The position numbers were made by a program, and so were the translations under genes. Below are positions 42,384 through 45,291 of a stretch of DNA of 45,291 nt, piece after piece. Location: the IMG/VR virus record IMGVR_UViG_3300020044_000702, positions 1 through 45,291 of that record. One strand, 5' to 3'. Numbering within the stretch: position 1 is the stretch's first letter; the number at the start of each line of letters is the position of its first letter. The notes under the pieces were generated by a model that saw only the letters and a program-made list of their open reading frames with translations, was not told the origin of the DNA and ran no database searches. Source of the stretch: a virus (taxonomy: Duplodnaviria; Caudoviricetes).

Positions 42384-43046
42384 TTAACTCCTGTTGTATT
42401 CGCACTGTTTGATTGCACAGAACTTGCAAAGTGGGCCACTGATTGGATTCCACACCCCATTTTCCAATGCCGCCTCAATTCGTGCAACATCTTTTGCGGG
42501 TTGTTCTAGGTACTTTGGCATCATCTCCCGATAGTGCGTAGCCTTCACAAACTCCTTGCTCACCGTAAAGACCAATGCAGACTTCACTTTGTTGATCTTC
42601 GGGAACTTGGCAAAGATACCTGCCGCCACAAGGTCAAGCTGTTTGGTGTCGGCGTACCTTGCGCTCTTGCTCGTCTTGTAGTCAGCAGAATGTGCCAGAC
42701 CCTTTGCCTCATTGATGACGACCAAGTCGGCGATGCCGTGCCACCACACGTCCGGTGCATGGAACTCACAAGCCTCCAAGTCCTTGGTCAAACCCAACTT
42801 CACTTCGCACAGCTTCTCACCCTCGATGTTCTTCAGTACATCCAAAACTTCTTGCATGTAATCAAACTGTGGCGGGATTGGTTTGTCATCTCGGATGTAT
42901 TCCTCGGCGACAGTGTGCGCGGTCTTGCCGTACAGCGTTGCCTGTGTATCAGGCTCAACAACGTCCTTGGCTATCTTGGTGTGATAGTACTTCTTGGGGC
43001 ACTGCTGAAATGTTTTCAGGCTACTGAACGACCAGACGATACTCAT
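42384..43046 (-). CDS. PD-(D/E)xK exonuclease, Cas4/RecB-like
   Basis: SFSSLKTFQQCP, E.K, GIADL, DYKT, QL and C-terminal CKFC...C (four Cys in total). Confidence 0.85.
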   Translation of the reverse strand: MSIVWSFSSLKTFQQCPKKYYHTKIAKDVVEPDTQATLYGKTAHTVAEEYIRDDKPIPPQFDYMQEVLDVLKNIEGEKLCEVKLGLTKDLEACEFHAPDVWWHGIADLVVINEAKGLAHSADYKTSKSARYADTKQLDLVAAGIFAKFPKINKVKSALVFTVSKEFVKATHYREMMPKYLEQPAKDVARIEAALENGVWNPISGPLCKFCAIKQCEYNRS

Positions 43047-44873
43047 TTAACAATCTCCATAAGATTTGCCATACCCAGATTCGCAATTAAGCGGTAGCTC
43101 AGGTGCCCATGATGGGCGTAGGCGCATACACATTTCCACGTACTCTTTACCTGTTTCAACTTCGTTCTCGGGCACGATACAAGCAACGGCGTCATGCACT
43201 GTCATGACCACGCGATACTTCTTGGCCACCATCAACATCTGCTCACCTATCACGATACGTGCAAGTGCTTGGCACACGTTCTCAATCACCTTGCCGCCAT
43301 AGATTCGGTTGGGGATAGTTGCCTTGCCCTTCTTGGTGTCGTAAACAAGCTCGGTCTTGCCGGTTTCTTCGTCCGTGCGTTGGCGCAGGTTGGGGTACTT
43401 CAAGCGCAGTCCGTTGGGTAACAGGATGCCTTCCGCGCCATCTACTTTAAGTATGTCGCCGCGCCCAAACGCTGTCGTCTGCTCACGGATAATGGCAGGG
43501 AGGACATTCGCCGCAGCTTTCCACAGTAGAGGGATTTTCGGATAAGTAGCTCGGTACGTATCAATAATTCGCTGCGCTTCTTCAAGCGTAATTTCAACAC
43601 CAAAAGTTTTGAGTTGCGCCTTAAACTTTGCCGCGCCCATGCCGTAGCCCGCACCAAGGATAGTCGTCTTACCGACGAACCGCTCGTCCTTCGTGATGTC
43701 TTCAACTGCCTTGCCATAAATAGCCGATGCCATGATCTTGTATACATCTTCGCCCCTATCAAATGCTTCCACCAAATCGTCCTGCCCCGCTAACCATGCG
43801 AGCGTACGTGCTTCAATCTGCGATGAATCTGAGTCGATAATCATGTAGCCGTAAGGCGCAAGAATCGCTTTCTTCAACAGCGATGATCTCGGCAGATTCT
43901 GCAAATTCAATTTGTCGTCACCGCCCCACCGTCCAGTGTGGGCGGCGTAGTATCGGAGGGGAACTGGCATTGGCCCTCGATTGGCGATACCTATGAATCT
44001 TTCAGTACGTGATTCCTCAAGCGTACTTTTAACGCCAAGCCGCGCAGCTACTATAGCTTGCACAAATATGTTCTCATGCTCAAGCAGGGCCTTGAACGCT
44101 TCATCCGTCTTAGAGAATGCGTAAGTCATCTTGCCAGTGGCAGGACTCTTCTTCATGGGCGGCTCGACCCCCAACGTCTCAAGCAGGGTAGCAAGCTGTT
44201 GATTGCTCATCAACTGATCTTTGTCGATCAATGCCTTGTTGAGCAGTTCAGTTTTCTTGGCTTGCACCTCATATAAATGTCCTTCCAAGATAACTCTATC
44301 CAACTGCAACATCGGCTCGGTGAACATCCGCACGGTCAGGTCGATCAGGCGCAACTCAATGGCGGGGAACCCTTGGCTCATGCACCCATACAAGTCCCAT
44401 GTCAGCTTCACATCGTTCTTGCAGTAGACACCATAGTCAACCAATTCTTGCTTGCTGAAGTCTTTGCGAAAGTAGTTGATGTACTGCTTGACCTGTTCGC
44501 CCTTAACCCCAAGGCCGTAGTACTGCGCCAGCACCGCAAGGCTTCCACCCACTTGCGTACCATGAAGCGCACGTGCCATGCTCAGCGTGTCAAGCCAACC
44601 CTTGGGCGTGATGCCGAACTCCCAATTCAGAATCGCTCCATCGAATATTGCGTTGTGGGCTAGGGCTATGGATTTCTTCCAGTCGTACTTGTTCAAGAAC
44701 TCGTACAGCTTTTGGTGCGTACCACTGAACCACTCCGGCTCGCCATCGTTTACCTGTACTGCAACACCGATAACCTCAAAGCGGGGGTCACGAATGTATT
44801 CCTCAGTGGTCTGCTTGGCGAACCCAAGGTCACCGCCGTAGGCTGTTTCAAAGTCCATCGTAATGATGTTCAT
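43047..44873 (-). CDS. polA: DNA polymerase family A with 3'-5' exonuclease
   Basis: ExoI DFET, ExoII HNAIFD, ExoIII YCKND, motif A DSSQIEAR, motif B KTTILGAGYG, motif C VHDA. Confidence 0.93.
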   Translation of the reverse strand: MNIITMDFETAYGGDLGFAKQTTEEYIRDPRFEVIGVAVQVNDGEPEWFSGTHQKLYEFLNKYDWKKSIALAHNAIFDGAILNWEFGITPKGWLDTLSMARALHGTQVGGSLAVLAQYYGLGVKGEQVKQYINYFRKDFSKQELVDYGVYCKNDVKLTWDLYGCMSQGFPAIELRLIDLTVRMFTEPMLQLDRVILEGHLYEVQAKKTELLNKALIDKDQLMSNQQLATLLETLGVEPPMKKSPATGKMTYAFSKTDEAFKALLEHENIFVQAIVAARLGVKSTLEESRTERFIGIANRGPMPVPLRYYAAHTGRWGGDDKLNLQNLPRSSLLKKAILAPYGYMIIDSDSSQIEARTLAWLAGQDDLVEAFDRGEDVYKIMASAIYGKAVEDITKDERFVGKTTILGAGYGMGAAKFKAQLKTFGVEITLEEAQRIIDTYRATYPKIPLLWKAAANVLPAIIREQTTAFGRGDILKVDGAEGILLPNGLRLKYPNLRQRTDEETGKTELVYDTKKGKATIPNRIYGGKVIENVCQALARIVIGEQMLMVAKKYRVVMTVHDAVACIVPENEVETGKEYVEMCMRLRPSWAPELPLNCESGYGKSYGDC

Positions 44874-45175
44874 TAGCTCCTCATCAGTTGAATAAGTTGT
44901 TCTAGGTATCCAAGTTCGAGTTGCTCTTCGGCAATCACAACGGCCATGCCGCCTGATTCTTTTATCTCTCGACTGTTTTTGTCTTGCAGTGCTGTGGTCG
45001 TGCCTTTACCCGCCTTGGCTTCAATCGCAAGGAAGTTTCCGTTGACACAGCAGAGAAAGTCGGGGACTCCTGAATTGCCGTAGCCAGTGCCGATTGGCAT
45101 GGCGTAGTAGACACCGTTGTCTTTCAGGATTTTTTTGATCTTGGCCTTGACCTTGGCCTCTGGTGTTGCCGCCAT
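44873..45175 (-). CDS. VRR-NUC domain nuclease (resolvase-like)
   Basis: Start ATG 45175 (MAATPEAKVK). GVPDF, AIEAKA, TALQ. Confidence 0.85.
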   Translation of the reverse strand: MAATPEAKVKAKIKKILKDNGVYYAMPIGTGYGNSGVPDFLCCVNGNFLAIEAKAGKGTTTALQDKNSREIKESGGMAVVIAEEQLELGYLEQLIQLMRS

Positions 45176-45291
45176 TATTTCCAACCTATAAAGGTTATGC
45201 CCTTGTGCTGAAGTATGGCTAAGGTCGGGGTGCTTTCGCAAGTCTCACACGAAAATGAAATAAGCAATCCTTGACGCTCTGGGCTTGGGTT
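45175..45291 (-). CDS. C-terminal fragment of a hypothetical protein (truncated by window)
   Basis: Open frame NPSPERQGLLISFSCETCESTPTLAILQHKGITFIGWK*, TAATG-coupled to the VRR-NUC gene. Confidence 0.6.
   Translation of the reverse strand, partial: NPSPERQGLLISFSCETCESTPTLAILQHKGITFIGWK

Noticed and set aside
239-45175. No called gene ends in TAG, raising the possibility of stop-codon reassignment
   Set aside because: No gene is interrupted by an in-frame TAG and no suppressor tRNA was seen. Low TAG use is common in phages.

Overview
The window is a large part of a dsDNA podovirus-like phage genome. Spanins indicate a Gram-negative host. The architecture resembles uncultured aquatic podoviruses with a 'MAISRAQLLKELLPGLNALFG' gpT-type capsid protein (recalled, not searched). 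The + strand (1-36001) is the morphogenesis arm: terminase large subunit C-terminus, P22-like portal, GroES-like co-chaperonin, scaffold, capsid proteins, a cluster of about ten tiny and mostly basic proteins, head-tail adaptors, modular tail fibre/receptor-binding genes, an expanded lysis cassette, tail nozzle and three ejection proteins (the largest 1962 aa with HExxH and PLxRFG-like motifs). The - strand (36070-45291) is the replication arm: primase-helicase, HTH, SSB-like protein, SNF2 helicase, HNH, Cas4-like nuclease, family A DNA polymerase and VRR-NUC. The most notable signals are: (1) unrelated small proteins share a C-terminal peptide that matches the Walker A consensus GxxxxGKT and is conserved at protein but not DNA level; (2) a [MFY]xxGG motif recurs about 19 times across those small proteins and the ejection proteins, suggesting a shared tagging or processing system for capsid cargo; (3) a kissing-loop RNA with a hammerhead-like CUGACGA linker starts at a promoter hidden in the capsid-gene terminator; (4) three paralogous receptor-binding modules with two shared docking tails; (5) two spanin-like overlapped gene pairs. 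Family names come from motif recognition, not database searches. No tRNA, rRNA, CRISPR array, integrase or reverse transcriptase was recognised.
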